DNA of 64,000 bases, from positions 56,916,001 to 56,980,000 of the forward strand of contig NC_043012.1 of NCBI RefSeq assembly GCF_006345805.1. The letters run 5' to 3'. The notes under the pieces are model-generated. The model did not search any database and was not told where the DNA came from. It saw nothing but the letters and a program-made list of their open reading frames with translations. Made by a program: the position numbers and the translations under genes. Shown here one piece after another: positions 25,201-39,284 of this stretch. The stretch is from Octopus sinensis. Taxonomy: Eukaryota. Numbering within the stretch: the stretch's first letter is position 1; every line of letters starts with the position of its first letter.

Positions 25201-28200
25201 ATGTGGATGGATGAAAATACATAAATCACGGGCAGAGACTGTTTGTTTTAAAGTTTTTATACCAACTTACCCGAGACCACCCCTTGTCCGTTGACACAAA
25301 ACCTGTCACATTATAAAGTGGTCATATCTATGTTAAAACTTTGTCATAGTTTTATATATGACTCATTTTACTGTGTCCAAAGCTCCATCTGAATAATGAC
25401 AAAATTATTTTACTAAATCTCTTCAAGTTGCTATTATTTCAAAAGTCATAGGTAGATGCATTTCATTACAATTTTGTTGAGAAAAGGTTAATTGGTGTCC
25501 TGGTTTTGATGTTTCTAAGACACTGTTGCATTAATGTTCACCTTTCCATGATTGCATGTATCTGATGGGGTTTATTGATGCGGATTTTCTATGGCAAGAT
25601 GCCCTTTCTGTTGCTAACCCTCACTTTCTTCTAAGCAAGGTAATATTTCTCTGGCTAAACATTTTCTTGTAGAATATTGAAAATAAATAACACCATTTGT
25701 ATAATAGTGACAATCATTTACAACTATCACATATCAAGACAAATGCACGTGCATGTGTTTGGATGCACATGACCTAGTGGTTAAGGTGTTGCACTGATGA
25801 ATGCAAGATTGTCATTTTGGTTCCCAGATCAGCAGTGTGTTGTGTTCTTGAGCAAAACGCTTCATTTCATACTGCTCTCTTCCATTCACCTGCAAATGGC
25901 TAACTCGGCAATGGACTGGTGTCTTATTCAGGAAGCAATGTTAGCCTACCCACTTAGCCTGTTGGGTGGCATCATTACTAGGCTACAGCAATGCAAGGAA
26001 GTGTATTGTGACCAGCAGTGCATAACCATATTGATAAACTGTATGATACAGTGATATATACACATACATACGATAGGCTTCTTTCAGCTTCCATCCTTCA
26101 TAAATATGCTTTGTTAAACAAAACTTTTAAAATGAAATAAAGGAATTTTATTTCATAATAAAATACTGCAGTTTTTTTTAAATTTCATAAGGAAATGCTC
26201 CAGTCATTAGAGGGTGCCATACTATTAAAACTATGACCCCAAAATGGAAGACATGTTGGAGATTTAAACATAACAAGCTGTAGCAAGGGCAACCTGTCTT
26301 GGAGAGCACTAACTCTGTATAAAAACTTACACAGAATAGAAGCATCTCTTTAGTTGTAACAAGCAACCTCTCTAGCGTCAGTCACAAAAATAAAACATAT
26401 TCAGAGTATTACCGTTCTATATTTAAGATATGAGGAATTATGTACATTATTTACATTCGATTCCAAGCATTGACCTGAACACTAACAATAATAATAATAA
26501 TAACATTGAAAAATACCTTAGGAATGAGAACCCAGGTTCGAAATTTCCCCAAGACACCTGAAGAAGGCTGGAAGGTGTATCAGCCGAAACGTTGTGTTAA
26601 CAACAAACAAGATGAAGACAAATATTCACTGAATGTAAATAATGTAAATAATATTCAGAGTACATTCTCTAATGGTTGATGAGAAGGGCATTCAAAACAG
26701 GGAATCCACATGACATTCAGAACAAAAAACTTGATAATTTTCTTTGTTGTATATGTCAGATGATGGACTACAGCAAGTGGAGAGAAGTTTTGGAACAGAC
26801 CTCTCTAACTAGCATACTGGCATTGGAAAAAATCTGTAAAATGGTGATGATTTATTGCTGTAGTCTAACACGATGGTTCTTTATTACTTTGTTTAAATAA
26901 TACTGACTATATTGGTTTAAGTTTCATGTTGTCATCAAGTTATATTTTTTATTGTAGACCAGTGACAATTGAAAGTCATTTATCAGCCTCAGATACATAC
27001 AATAAAATTAAAAATGTCAATATCGAAGGTAAATATTGCTTCATTCTAACATTTTTATTAACTGTCGTAAGGCAGGTGTTGTTTTAGTTTCTAATTATTA
27101 AACTTAAGAATTTTAAAGAGATATTTTTAAATGTTGGACAAAATTCTTAACTACTTTCCTTTTAGCTTTTCACGTTCTGTGCTCAAATTTCACTAAAGTC
27201 GACTTTGCCTTTCATCCTTTCGAGTCAGTAAAATAAGTACCAAGTTGAGCACAGGGGACGAGGTAATGGGGTTGATAAAATAGGTACCAGTTGAGCGCTG
27301 GGAGAGATGTCATTGATATACCCAATCTCCCTAAAATTGCTGGCCTTGTGCCAAAATTTGAAACTTATTTTATAGAGTGACAGTTCATCAGAATTGATAG
27401 TGATGAACAAAATGCATTGCAATATTTAGTTGTCCCTTCACATTCTGATTTCAAATCCTATCAGGATTAGTTTTGCCTTTCATCCTTGCAAGGTTGATAA
27501 AATAAGTTTCACTCAAATCTTGGATTGATATAATTGCTTGAGTGGAGGTGCAATGGCCCAGTGGTTAGGACAGCGGACTCATGGTCGGAGGATTGCGGTT
27601 TCGATTCCCAGACCAGACGTTGTGTGAGTTTAATTGAGCGAAAACACCTAAAGCTCCACGGGGCTCCGGCAGGGGCGGGGTGGCGACCCCTGTTGTACTC
27701 TTTTGCTCCAACTTTCTTCCTGTTTCTTGAGTAACACTGCGATGGACTGGCATCCCGTCCAGCTGGTGGGGAACACATATACCATAGAAACCTGGAAACT
27801 GGGCCCATGAGCCTGGTTAGGCTTGAAAAGGGCGCATATATATAATTGCTTGAACCTCCTTTCGAAATTTTAAAAAATCCATTGTTTTAGAAATATAGTG
27901 CAATATCATTCTGTTATTGTATCATTATACTGTTACAATGTCAAAAACTAACTATTTTAATAATTATCTATTTCCTTGCATTTAAAAAAAATTTTGTGTC
28001 TTTATTTCTATCCCTACAGAGGACACGTGGTGCCCTAAGATTTACTACAATCACCGTTGCTTTTCTGGTCCCTATCTGGCAAAGAGTCGCATAGCTGAGC
28101 TGCCTAAATCAATTGGTCCTGGCCCCATCAAACTAGTCATGACTGAAGTACTGACTATGTTGATTAATGTGGCCTATAAATCCAGTCGTGTGTTACGTGA

Positions 28201-28467
28201 GTTACAAGTGGATGGAGAAGACAACCCTAACATGCATCAACAAGTTTTAAAAGCAAAGTAATTCATTTTTTCTTTTCATTTTGGGACTTACATCTTAGGA
28301 TGTTGTCCTTGCCTTTTTTTTTCTTACTGGGTTAGTAAGAAGGATGAGCTTTACCTATGACCTTTGTAGGCCCTCCAACACTGGTGGTTGGTTGGTTTGA
28401 TGTTGTATTTACTTTGGACATCCAAAGCCTTGTGAGTGGATTTGGTAGGTGGAAATTGAAAGAAACC

Positions 28468-28502
<35 letters not shown>

Positions 28503-31500
28503 CCTTATTTTGTCATCATGTGATGGTTGTAAATGAGCATCACTGTCATACAAGCCATGTTGTTAATCTCCTGTCATCCATGGTGAAATATTACCTTGCT
28601 TGGAAACAGGTGAAGTGGGGTTGGTAAAAAGGGCATCTGGCCTTGGAAAATCTGACTTTTATCCTTCCTGGGTCAATGAAATGACTACCTGTCATGTATG
28701 CAGTCAATACAAATGACCCCCCCACACACACACACACTAATGTGTGACCTTGTGCCAGTTGGAAATCAATATTATTAATACAGACTAGCATTCTATGGTC
28801 TTCAACATGGTACTTTATGCTTCCACAAATATCGTCACTTTGACCCTTTAGAGTTCAGATTATTCTGTCAAACATAATACTTATTAATTCATATTGTTTC
28901 AAACTTATCAAGCATTATCTTGTCCCTTCAAGATTTTGATTGTTTATTTTTCAAATGACATTATAGGGTAGATGGGAGAGGCCAGATCTTGCCAGTTTCA
29001 ACATAAAACTGATAGAATAATTTGGCTGGATATGGCCAGTGTAAAGGCTAAAGGATTGAATCTACCACCATTAGTTTGTTGATCTATGCACCCCTCCTAG
29101 GCAACAGTGCTAATTGCCAGACACTTTATCATGACTAAGTGTTTTGGTGATGCTGTCCTGTTCATTAAAATATATGAACTGAGATGACAAGACTGTGTTT
29201 ACATAGGGGCTCCACTTTAATACTCTTTTACTCTTATACTTGTTTCAGTCATTTGACTGCGACCATGCTGGAGCACCGCCTTTAGTCGAGCAAATCGACC
29301 CTAGCACATATTCTTTGTAAGCCTAGTACTTATTCTATCGGTCTCTTTTTGCCGAACCGCTAAGTTGCAGGGATGTAAACACACCACCATCGGTTGTCAA
29401 GCGATGTTGGGGGGGAGACTAACACAGACACACAAACATGCACACACATAGATATATACATATATATACGATGGTCAATTTTCGTTAATAGCCAGGTCTC
29501 AGAGTTGATGGATTTTAGAGGTCTGTTCTGTATTAGAAAATGATTGAAGCATCCAGTCTACACTGTAAAGTGGTTGGCATTTGGAAGGATATCCAGCTGT
29601 AAAAACCATGCCAAAACTGATCCCGCCTGTGCTGGTGCCATGTAAAAATCCCTTGGTCTGCCCTGCATAGTGATTGGTGTTAGGAAGGGCATCCAGCTGT
29701 AAAAACCCAGTCAAAACAGACAGTTGCCTGGAGTAGTCTTCTACCTGGCTGGCTCCTGTCAAACCGTCCAACCCATGCCTGCATGGAAGGTGGACATTAA
29801 GTGATGATAATGATGATGAAAGAATGCAGGACAAAATACCTTGTTCGAGTTAATATTTTTACGTTCTAAGTTCAAATCTTCCCCTCAATACCTTTGCCTT
29901 TCATTTATCTTAGATCTGTAAAGTAGCGGTCAGCTGTATGCTTGATATAATCACTACTGTTTGTCCTTCAAAAAATGTTCTCCCTTCTGCATCATCATCA
30001 TCATCATCACCAACATCACCACCACCATTTTCATGCTTGCATGGGTGAGACAGAATATTTTAAGAATGTTCTGTGGTCAGGTTCTCTCCCTGTTTCTGAT
30101 CCTCACCGAGTAAGGGAATATTTTTTCCTGGACCAGACATGTTTTCGTAGCGGATTGGAAATGAATGACACCACTTGGATGATGGTTACTTTCACTTACA
30201 ACTGTCATGGATGTCAAGACAATCACACACAGGCAATAGGCTTCTTTCAGTTTCTGTCTACCAAATTCACTTGCAAGGTTTTGATTGGCCCAGAGTTGTA
30301 GTAGAAGACACTTGCCCAAGTTGCCACGCAGTGGGATTGAACCCGAAAGTATGAGGCTGGAATGCAAACTGCTCAATTACATAACCATGTCTACCTAACA
30401 TAGAAATTATTATTATTAACTATTATTGACAATGTAAGAAATTATTGTTACAATGACAACTTTCTTTTCTTTTCTTTATTTAGATACAAGGGCAAGAGTT
30501 ACCGTGCTGCTGTTGAGCTGTGCCGAAATGTTAAACAGCTTGATGAGTTCTGTCGACAGATATGTATTAAGCTTGAATGTTGCCCGAATTTGATAAGTCC
30601 ACACTGTATTGATGATGACTGCCCCGAAAACTGCTCTCAACTCACCAAAACAAAATATAGTAAGTGTGTATAGGAAGTGTGAAAGGATTTTGCTTTAACC
30701 TGTTTGAATGATGGAGCACAAGTCGGGTGAGAGAACTGGTTGGGTGTTAAAGACTGCAAGCGGATAAATTAGCTGTGTTGTTAGTATGAGCATGTTTTAT
30801 GAATGGAGCAAGTACAAATAATGAGAGTTCAAAACGTGTCTTGAGCTGCCAGTGAATGTATGGATAACAGTTGAAAGTGTGAGAAGTAAGATGAGATTTA
30901 AGGATGCTGGGACCAACAGATAAGATTGAGATGATGCAGTAGTTCCTTCCAAGTCTTGGAATGACTGGTGTGAAAACCATTTGAAATGTGATAGCCATTT
31001 GAAATACACACACTGTTATAGTTGCTTCTCTTTGATTTTGTTACATTTTTTAGTGTTTCCTTGTAAATCTAAGACTTAGTGTTACAGATACTATATTTCC
31101 TTGTATTAGAAGAATAGTGTCAGTGACCGTATTACTACGGCTTAATCTGTAGTACTGTTATGAAGTTAAGTAAAAGTGAATTTGATAGCCTATGTTGTCA
31201 CGATCATCATTGTTTGAACATAGGCTTTTCCATGCTTGCATGGGTTGAACAGAATTTATTGAGGTAAATTTTTATTACAACCAGATGCCCTTTCTGTCAC
31301 CAACCTCCACCTATTTCCAGTGTAATATTTCCTCATGACTGAACATGTTTTCAAGAAAGATTGAAAATGGACACTGCTTGTATGGTGGTGGTACTCATTT
31401 ACAACAATCATGCAATGTCACACACACACACATATGCGATGGGCTACTTTCTGTTTCTGTCTACCAATTCCATCTGCAAGTCTTTGGTCAGCCCAAGGCT

Positions 31501-34500
31501 ATGGCAGAAGACACTAATCCAATGTACCCCACAGTAGGCCTGAACATGGAACCAAGTGGTCAGGAAGTGTACATTTGAAGCAGCTGTCATGTTACCTCCA
31601 TAATATAAATTGCTTCAGTGTCCTTGCATAATTTCAGATCGAGTCATCTGCTTAACATTTAGCAAGTTTTGCATTTGGATATGTCACTTCTGTTCTTTTA
31701 TCTGTCTCTCATCTATGAACTGGAGTGCAGTGGTCACAGAGTGAAGATTCTCCTCATGAGGTTTGAGTCATACTGTGTTCTGTCTAATTGTGTCCTATTT
31801 CTTGGCACAGAGCTTAATTTTAAGTCTGCTTTACTAACAAGGTCCTACTTCTAATTTGTGGTCAGTGGAGAAAAGGGCATTCTGATGTAAAATAATTGTT
31901 TTATTAATACAGAAATGTAGGATCTTTTCGGTTTGAACGACAGTTTTTTTCTAGCGGTGTCATATGAAATTGTCACCTATAATTATGACTCTAGTATCGA
32001 TCTATTGCATTTAAATCTATTTTAGGGTTAGGGGTGGGGGAAGGGTATCTTTTTTTTCTTCAGAAATGTAAATAAACCCAATCTGTTTCTTAAATGAGGG
32101 ACATATTCATATGGCACAGAATGTTTTCACTTCAATAGACATCATCGATTGGTTGAAATTGCAGAAATTGAAGAAAAAAAAAAACCCAACAAATATCTTA
32201 CAAACTATAGAATTTTCTCAATAAAGCCAAGAGAAAAAGATGTTTTATAAACACATTCTACCAGTATACGAAGTTTAAAAGTGTTCAGTTACATGGAAAT
32301 TATTTTAAAAAACTGCCGTTCAAACTGAAAAGATCTGAAATGTACAAATTTATTTTTAAAAAAAAATGATCCCAGTCAGCCAACCAACCAACCAACCAGC
32401 CAGTGTGGAAATAAGGAGGTAAATTTTAAAAGGTGACAACTATAAGTTACAGTTACAGTTTAATCCATAATTAAAAGCAAGAAATTTCATTGTAATGCTA
32501 AAAGATTTTATTAGCTTCCATGGATTATCTCCCTTGCAACTAGGAACTCTATCAGTACTACTTTTATAAACTACAGTGTATTTTTCGTACCACCTCATTT
32601 TCCTATTCAATAATTCGCTTCTTTTCATATAATTTTTTTTTGTCTGTGGTTGGGTGGGTGGGTAAGAAAGTATTGAGTAAAAAATATATTTGTTGTACTT
32701 CAAATAGTTTTATAATTATTGATTTTGCTTCTCATGGCCACACTCAAGTGACAAACAAATAAATGAAATACAGCTCAAGAGTAATGATTGGCTGGATTTT
32801 CTGGTGTGTGTGTATAATAATAATAATAATAAAAACATTGTGTACAGTGCTCAGGTGCACTACAACTCATCTAAAGTGTATGTATAATCAGGTGTAGTTT
32901 CGGCGGATTTCGGAAAGCATGAGGGCCTCAAAGGATGCAGTGTCATGGCAGTCAACAACTGACGCAGGCAGTTTGTTCCATGCTTCAGCAACTCTGAGCG
33001 TGAAAAAATGTTTCCGAAAGTCATGGGAGCTGTGTTGTTTTCTGACTTTGTAGGCATGTCCACGTGTGTTAGACACATGAAGATCAAAAAGGTGTTCAGT
33101 GTTGTTGGTGAGGTGGTTGATAACTTTGTGGGTGTTTACCAAGTCCATCGCCAGACGCCGGAGCAGTTAATCTTTTGATTGTTGTTCCTTGAATGTAACT
33201 TCTTTTAAAATGATTTTACATAATCTACTAATTGCATTTTAACAAATTGTATGTTGACCCTTTCCATACCAACCCGGCTGAAACTGGCTCTGTAGTACAA
33301 ATGTCTTGTTTTCATAAGTTTTGAATTAAAATCTTCCACCAAATCTTAGTCACAATTTATGTTCCTAACACTAAGCTGAATGATAATTAAGTTATTTTAC
33401 TAAATTCTTTGCTACATTTAAAATTAATTGAAACACAGAGCATCTAACGAAAGGGTTAATGTGAATATTTATAGAGTGAGAATTAATCGCACTGTTTTAC
33501 TTTTCTTTTTCTTTTTTTGTTAAATCATGTGCAGAGTATATCACATGACTGTGACTTGCTTGTTTTATTGTCTCTTTTTTACTCAACATTTCCAGCCTAT
33601 TACTATGGTAAGAAAAAGCGAAAAATTGGTCGACCCCCAGGAGGTCACAGCAATCTAGAGAATGGTCCTAGGAAAACTGGAAAACGAAGAAAGAAAAGGA
33701 AAGGAAGTTTGAGTCGTAAATCAAGATCCTCCATGGATGATATTTATGCTGATGATGTTACTGCTGAAAATTCCAACACTGTCTCTGAGAAGCGGTCTGC
33801 CTCACCATCCAGTGAAAATAATTCCTCCAAAAGTGATACTAAAAAGACTTCTGATAGTAAGCCTGCAATTAAAAGAAAATACACTCACCATGTTCCTCCA
33901 CGTTCAGAAATTCATACTCGAGGTGCTAAGCTTCCAAAATATAGTTTTGAAAGAAAAACCCATAAAAAGATCCTTATTACCCCTGCTCCACCATCTAGTT
34001 CTGCCAAGTCCTTACCGTCTCCAACAACCGAGGCAGCACTTCCTATCACCGTAAGTATTTGAAATTATGTTGCTCTTCAAATGTCTCTAATCCACTTGAC
34101 TTCTGGTTTTCACAGTACTTTATCACACTATAAAACTTTATTTAAGCTCTTCACTCTCTACAGCACATAGGCCATCAATAACTTTCTCACCACTTTGTCA
34201 CGTCTTCTTAGGTCTACTCCTTCCACAGGTACCCTCCATAATTAGACCTCATTTGGTTTGCTGTTACAGGACTTATTCTTTGTAAGCCTAGTACTTATTC
34301 TATCAGTCTCTTTTGCTGAACTGCTAAGTTACGGAGACATACACACCAACATCTGTTGTCAAGTGATGGTGGGGGGACAAACAGACACACAAACATATAC
34401 ATATATATATATGACAGGCTTCTTTCAGTTTCTGCCTACCAAATCTACTCACAAGGCTTTGGTCGGCCTGAGGCTATAGTAGAAGACACTTACCCGAGGT

Positions 34501-37500
34501 GCCATGTAGTGGAACTGAACCAGAGACCATGTGGTTGGTAAGCAAGCTACTTACCACACAGCCACACCTGTGCCTATGTATATGTAACTGTTATCTATCA
34601 GCATGTGGTTCACATGATCAATGTTTTCCTCAGTGGCAGTTGCAGGACATCCAGACCATGGGTCATCTTGAAAACTCTCCCTTCCTCTCCTAAATTCAGC
34701 TGCCCACTTTTACATTGTTGATAAAAGCTGGAGCATAATCCCCTAATGTAGCAACTATGTCAACATGAGTGTCCTTGGGGACTAAACCATTTTTCTGCTG
34801 GTACTTGATAATATCACAATGCCAAAATTGATCAGTTTTCAAGAGAAGTTGTTACAAGCTACTTTTGAAGTATTCTTTGAACAGTGGGACATCAGTTCAC
34901 CTGAAAAGAAACAATGCCATTATCAAGAAGTTGAAATTAATGCATGCAAGATTTCGCAGCTCTAGCATCACTCCTTCAGAGTCAGCGTGTGAACTTTTCA
35001 GTCCACCCTTGTATTCTGTTTTGGATGCTTTCCCTTTGTCAGAGTAATTGTTTCATATGGTACCTGTGCTATGTGCTGTTTAAAAAAAAAAGAGATACCT
35101 ATGGCAGAGGAAAACTGAGGTAAATTGAGTGACATAGTCTAATCTTAGATTGTTCATCATCATCATCATCATCATTAACTTCTGTTTCCTTTCTGGCATG
35201 GGTTGCATGGTTTGACAGGAGCAGACAAATCAGAAGACTGCAACAAGCTCCTCTACTGTCTACTTTGGCAGGTTTTTATGGCTGAATGCCCCTTCATAAC
35301 ACCAACCACTTTACAGTGTACTGGATGCTTTTTGCGTGGCACCAGCACCAGTGAGGTCATCAAATGATTTATAAGGCAAGACCCCTCAACTGAGTTGGGG
35401 AATAGTATTGAGGAAGGTGACTTTGTACCAGATGAGCAAATAAGGTATAGGAGCTTGATGAACAATAGTATATAAAATGGATATTAAAACTGATGATGAT
35501 GATGATGAATATTTGTTCATTGAAGCTTTGTCAAAGCATTTGCTATTGATAGTTTCTACTCTTGATTTGTATAGAGCAGCTTGATGAGAATGATATCTAT
35601 GGAACAGCATGTACAGAATGTGCATTGAAAAGAAATGTTCTTCATAGAATTTATATACAGCAGTAACTTATCTTTTACACTAATTTTGTTTGTTCCTTCT
35701 CGAGCCATGCCTGGCTCATAAGAGCCGGTTTCTTGGCGTATAGGTTCCCCACCTGGACTGGACGCCGGTCCATCGCAGGTGAGCTGCAAGATGCAGGAGG
35801 AAAGAGTGAGAGAAAGTTGTGGCGAAAGAATCAGCAGAAGTTTCGCCATTACCTTCTGTCGGAGCTCATAAACACACACATCGCCTGGTCTGAGATTCGA
35901 ACCCGCGATCCCTCGACTGTGAGTCTGCTGCTCTAACCACTAGGCCATGTGCCTCCACTTTTACACTGGTTTCAGTTATTGGGACCACAACTGGGCTGGA
36001 GCACTGCCTAGAAGGGTTTTGTCCAAACAAATTAATTGATCCCAGGACTTATTTATTAAGCTGGTACATATTGGTCTCCATTACTACCAAGTTATGTGGT
36101 CTTAAACAAACAAACAATGGTGGGGAACAAACAAAGATATATATATAGGAAGGACATCCAGGTGTAGAAACCATGCTAGATCAGATTGGAACTTGGTACG
36201 GCTCTCTAACATACCAGTTCCAGTCTAACCCATGCCAACATGGAAAGATGTAAAATAATAATGATGATGATAATGAAAATAATATTAGTGACAGAAGCAG
36301 TATTACTACCAGAAGTCAGTCTTTATATCCTACTTAATGTGGATGTATTATTGGAATGGTGGAAACTAATATTTTCTTTGAGAGGTCTTCTGATATAGAT
36401 ACATGGTGTATAAAAGTACTGACATATATTGTAGCAGATTAGAATCATATGTAATATAGGTGCCAGATCACAGGATTTCAATGCACTGCACTTCTTCAGT
36501 GGGAGGCATCCAGTCACTGCATACCAGCCAATGATACTTATTAATAGAATAACTGTTTTTTCAATCACTGATGTCACAAACAGCCAGCAGGCTTATTGAA
36601 AAATGATATATATATAGGCGCAGGCAGACACGTGCTTTCTAACCACATGGTTCCAGTTCAATTCCACTGTGTTCTCATTCCTAAGGTATTTTTCGTTGTT
36701 GTTGTTATTATTCAGGTCACTGCTTGGAGTTAAACTCGGAATCTTGGGGTTAGTATCCTGCGCTCTTAACTGCTATGGGGGCATATGGCGTAGTGGTGAT
36801 GAAGGCTGGAGGGTATATCAGCTGAAACATTGTGTTTAACAACAAAGAAGATGAGGACAAATGTCCATCAAATGTAAATAATGTAAATTATTCAACATAG
36901 TTAACAAATTCACAGAGTAAAAATATTTACATTGATCCTGCTACCATTCAGTTGGCAGAATAAACTTACCAGAATAGTGTATATTTGGTCAGAACAAAGA
37001 ATTTAAGGAGGGATTATTAGAGTTTATAGTAGCAGGAGGAGATAATTGACCCAAGCAAGCCAGTTATCTAAACTTCTAACAATAGAGGAAGGATCGACTC
37101 TGATTGTCTAGCTTTTTATCTCAAGTAAGTTGTTTGTGTACTTGTCAGTCATCATCATCATTGTCATTTAGCGTCCGCTTTCTATGCTGGTGTGGGTTGG
37201 ACAGTTTGACTGAGGGCTGGCGAGCCAGAAGACTGCACCAGTCTTCAATTTGATCTGGTAACAACAAACAATAACTAACAACCCAGCTTCAGAATTTTTC
37301 CCCTCTATCAATTCAGGGACGATACAACCTGTATCAGCACTTTAGTAAAGAGTCATTCTTTATCACAAAATATAATCCCCTTCTGAATGCATCCACAACA
37401 AATGATACTATCACCAGGGCCTTAGAATAACACACACACAAATACTGAAAACAATATATTGTAAACAGTCACTTTACATGAATTTATTCAGAATTCCAAT

Positions 37501-37966
37501 CACTACTATTACAACCACAACAGGTCACTTTTAGTAGGTCACTTGACCATTTGAGAGGATTCCACCAACATCCTGCTACTGTCATACCATTCCTGCATTT
37601 TTATTCTTTCTCTTCTTCTTCGCTGCCTCCTTTCTCTACTACTACTGCTGCTTAAACAATCAAAGACAAGAATTCATATCAACCTAGCTGCTGCTAACTA
37701 CCTAGAACCCACAAGAATAGAAAACAGAGACAAACAGAAAAAAGGAAAATGTCCCTTGCATTTGAACACTGTGGAAATATTTTCAAAAAACATTTCATTT
37801 AATTTTTCCACAATTTAATTGTTTTCCATGCTTTACTCTAAGTTGAAAAAGTTGCAAAGACTGAAACCGGTACTAAAATGTTCTTCATGAGAAAATTATT
37901 TTACCATTTTCTACCTTGTCTTTTTTCCTTATACATATCAACTCGTGTGTTCCGTTTCAACCTACT

Positions 37967-38002
<36 letters not shown>

Positions 38003-39241
38003 GTGCTTGAGGAGACCTGTTGAGTCAAGTGCATGTACATGAACATCGAACCAAATATCAATGGAAACAGTAGTTGTGATACCTGTGCCGGTGACACATA
38101 AAAAGCACCATCCGAACGTGGCCGTTGCCAGTGCAGCCTCCACTGGCTTCCGTGCCGGTGGCACATAAAAAGCACCATCTGAACGTGACCGATGCCAACC
38201 CTGCCTCGAATGGCTTCTATGCCGGTGGCACATAAAAAGCACCATCCGAACGAGGCTGATGCCAGCACTGCCATGACTGGCTTCTGTGCCGGTAGCACAA
38301 AAAAAAAAGCACCAACCGATCGTGGCCGATGCCAGACCCCTCTGGCACCTGTGCAGGTGGCACGTAAAAAGCACCCACTACACTCGTGGAGTGGTTGGCG
38401 TTAGGAAGGGCATCCAGCTGTAGAAACACTGCCAGATCAGACTGGAGCCTGGGGCAGCCCCTGGCTCCCCAGACCCCGGTCGAACCGTCCAACCCGTGCT
38501 AGCACGGAAAACGGACGTTAAACGATGATGATGATGATGATGATGATGATGATATATATATATATACACACACACATACATATATGTACATACCTACATA
38601 TATATATGTATATATACATGCATATATGGGTACAGGACATAAAAAAGTGTAGAGAAAATGAGAACATAGAAAACGAACTTTTTCGAACAATGAAAATAAA
38701 AGAGAAATGAGACATGTAACATAAAGAACATTCCCTTCGTCAGTTGTCCCTTGTTCTTTTATGAAGTTTCCATCTACCAAATTCACCCGCAAGGCTTTTG
38801 TTGGCTTGTAGCTACTGTAGAGAACCCTTTCCCAATGTGCCATGTAATGGGATTGAACCAGAAACAACTTAGTAGCAAAGTGTGCTTCTTAACCTCAGCA
38901 GCCATGCTTGTGTATTTCTTTTATTTGAGTTTATTGTGAGTTATAAACATTGTCTTCCTATGTCTGTCTGTTGTATTCAAATACACACACACATAATATT
39001 TTCTTTTCTATTTATTATTATTTCCTTCTCTATTTATGCAGCCCATATCTCCGAAAGAAGAAATATCTATAAAGAAAGAAGAAGAAAATGATGACATGTG
39101 TGTCGATATCTTGTCAAATCCTCTTTATTGGACTGTTAGTGATGTGGTTAGTTTCATAAAAAGTACGGATTGTGCACAGTTTGCTCGTCTCTTTAGACAA
39201 GAGGTAAAATATGTTTATATTATATATGTTTTTTTTAAGTT

Positions 39242-39284
<43 letters not shown>

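Noticed and set aside
26760-26835. Exon-like segment (AG|ATGATGGAC...|GT) within ORF 26676-26900
   Set aside because: In the required phase 2 it reads an immediate TGA, and it shows no SFMBT similarity; exon 26958-27028 fits instead.
33749-33770. CTGATGA...GAAA inside an SFMBT exon
   Set aside because: No stems I-III can form; chance match in coding sequence.
33737-34054. 105-aa alternative-frame ORF overlapping the SFMBT exon
   Set aside because: Shifted frame of a low-complexity exon, with no independent splice or start support.
37260-37760. Possible additional SFMBT exon or decayed retroelement ORF between 34050 and 39042
   Set aside because: Frames contain stops, no convincing splice pair or recognisable motif, and the flanking exons already join in phase.
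38723-38750. Minus-strand CTGACGA-AGGGAA(TG)TTCTTT
   Set aside because: GAAA half of the core is absent; at best a decayed remnant.
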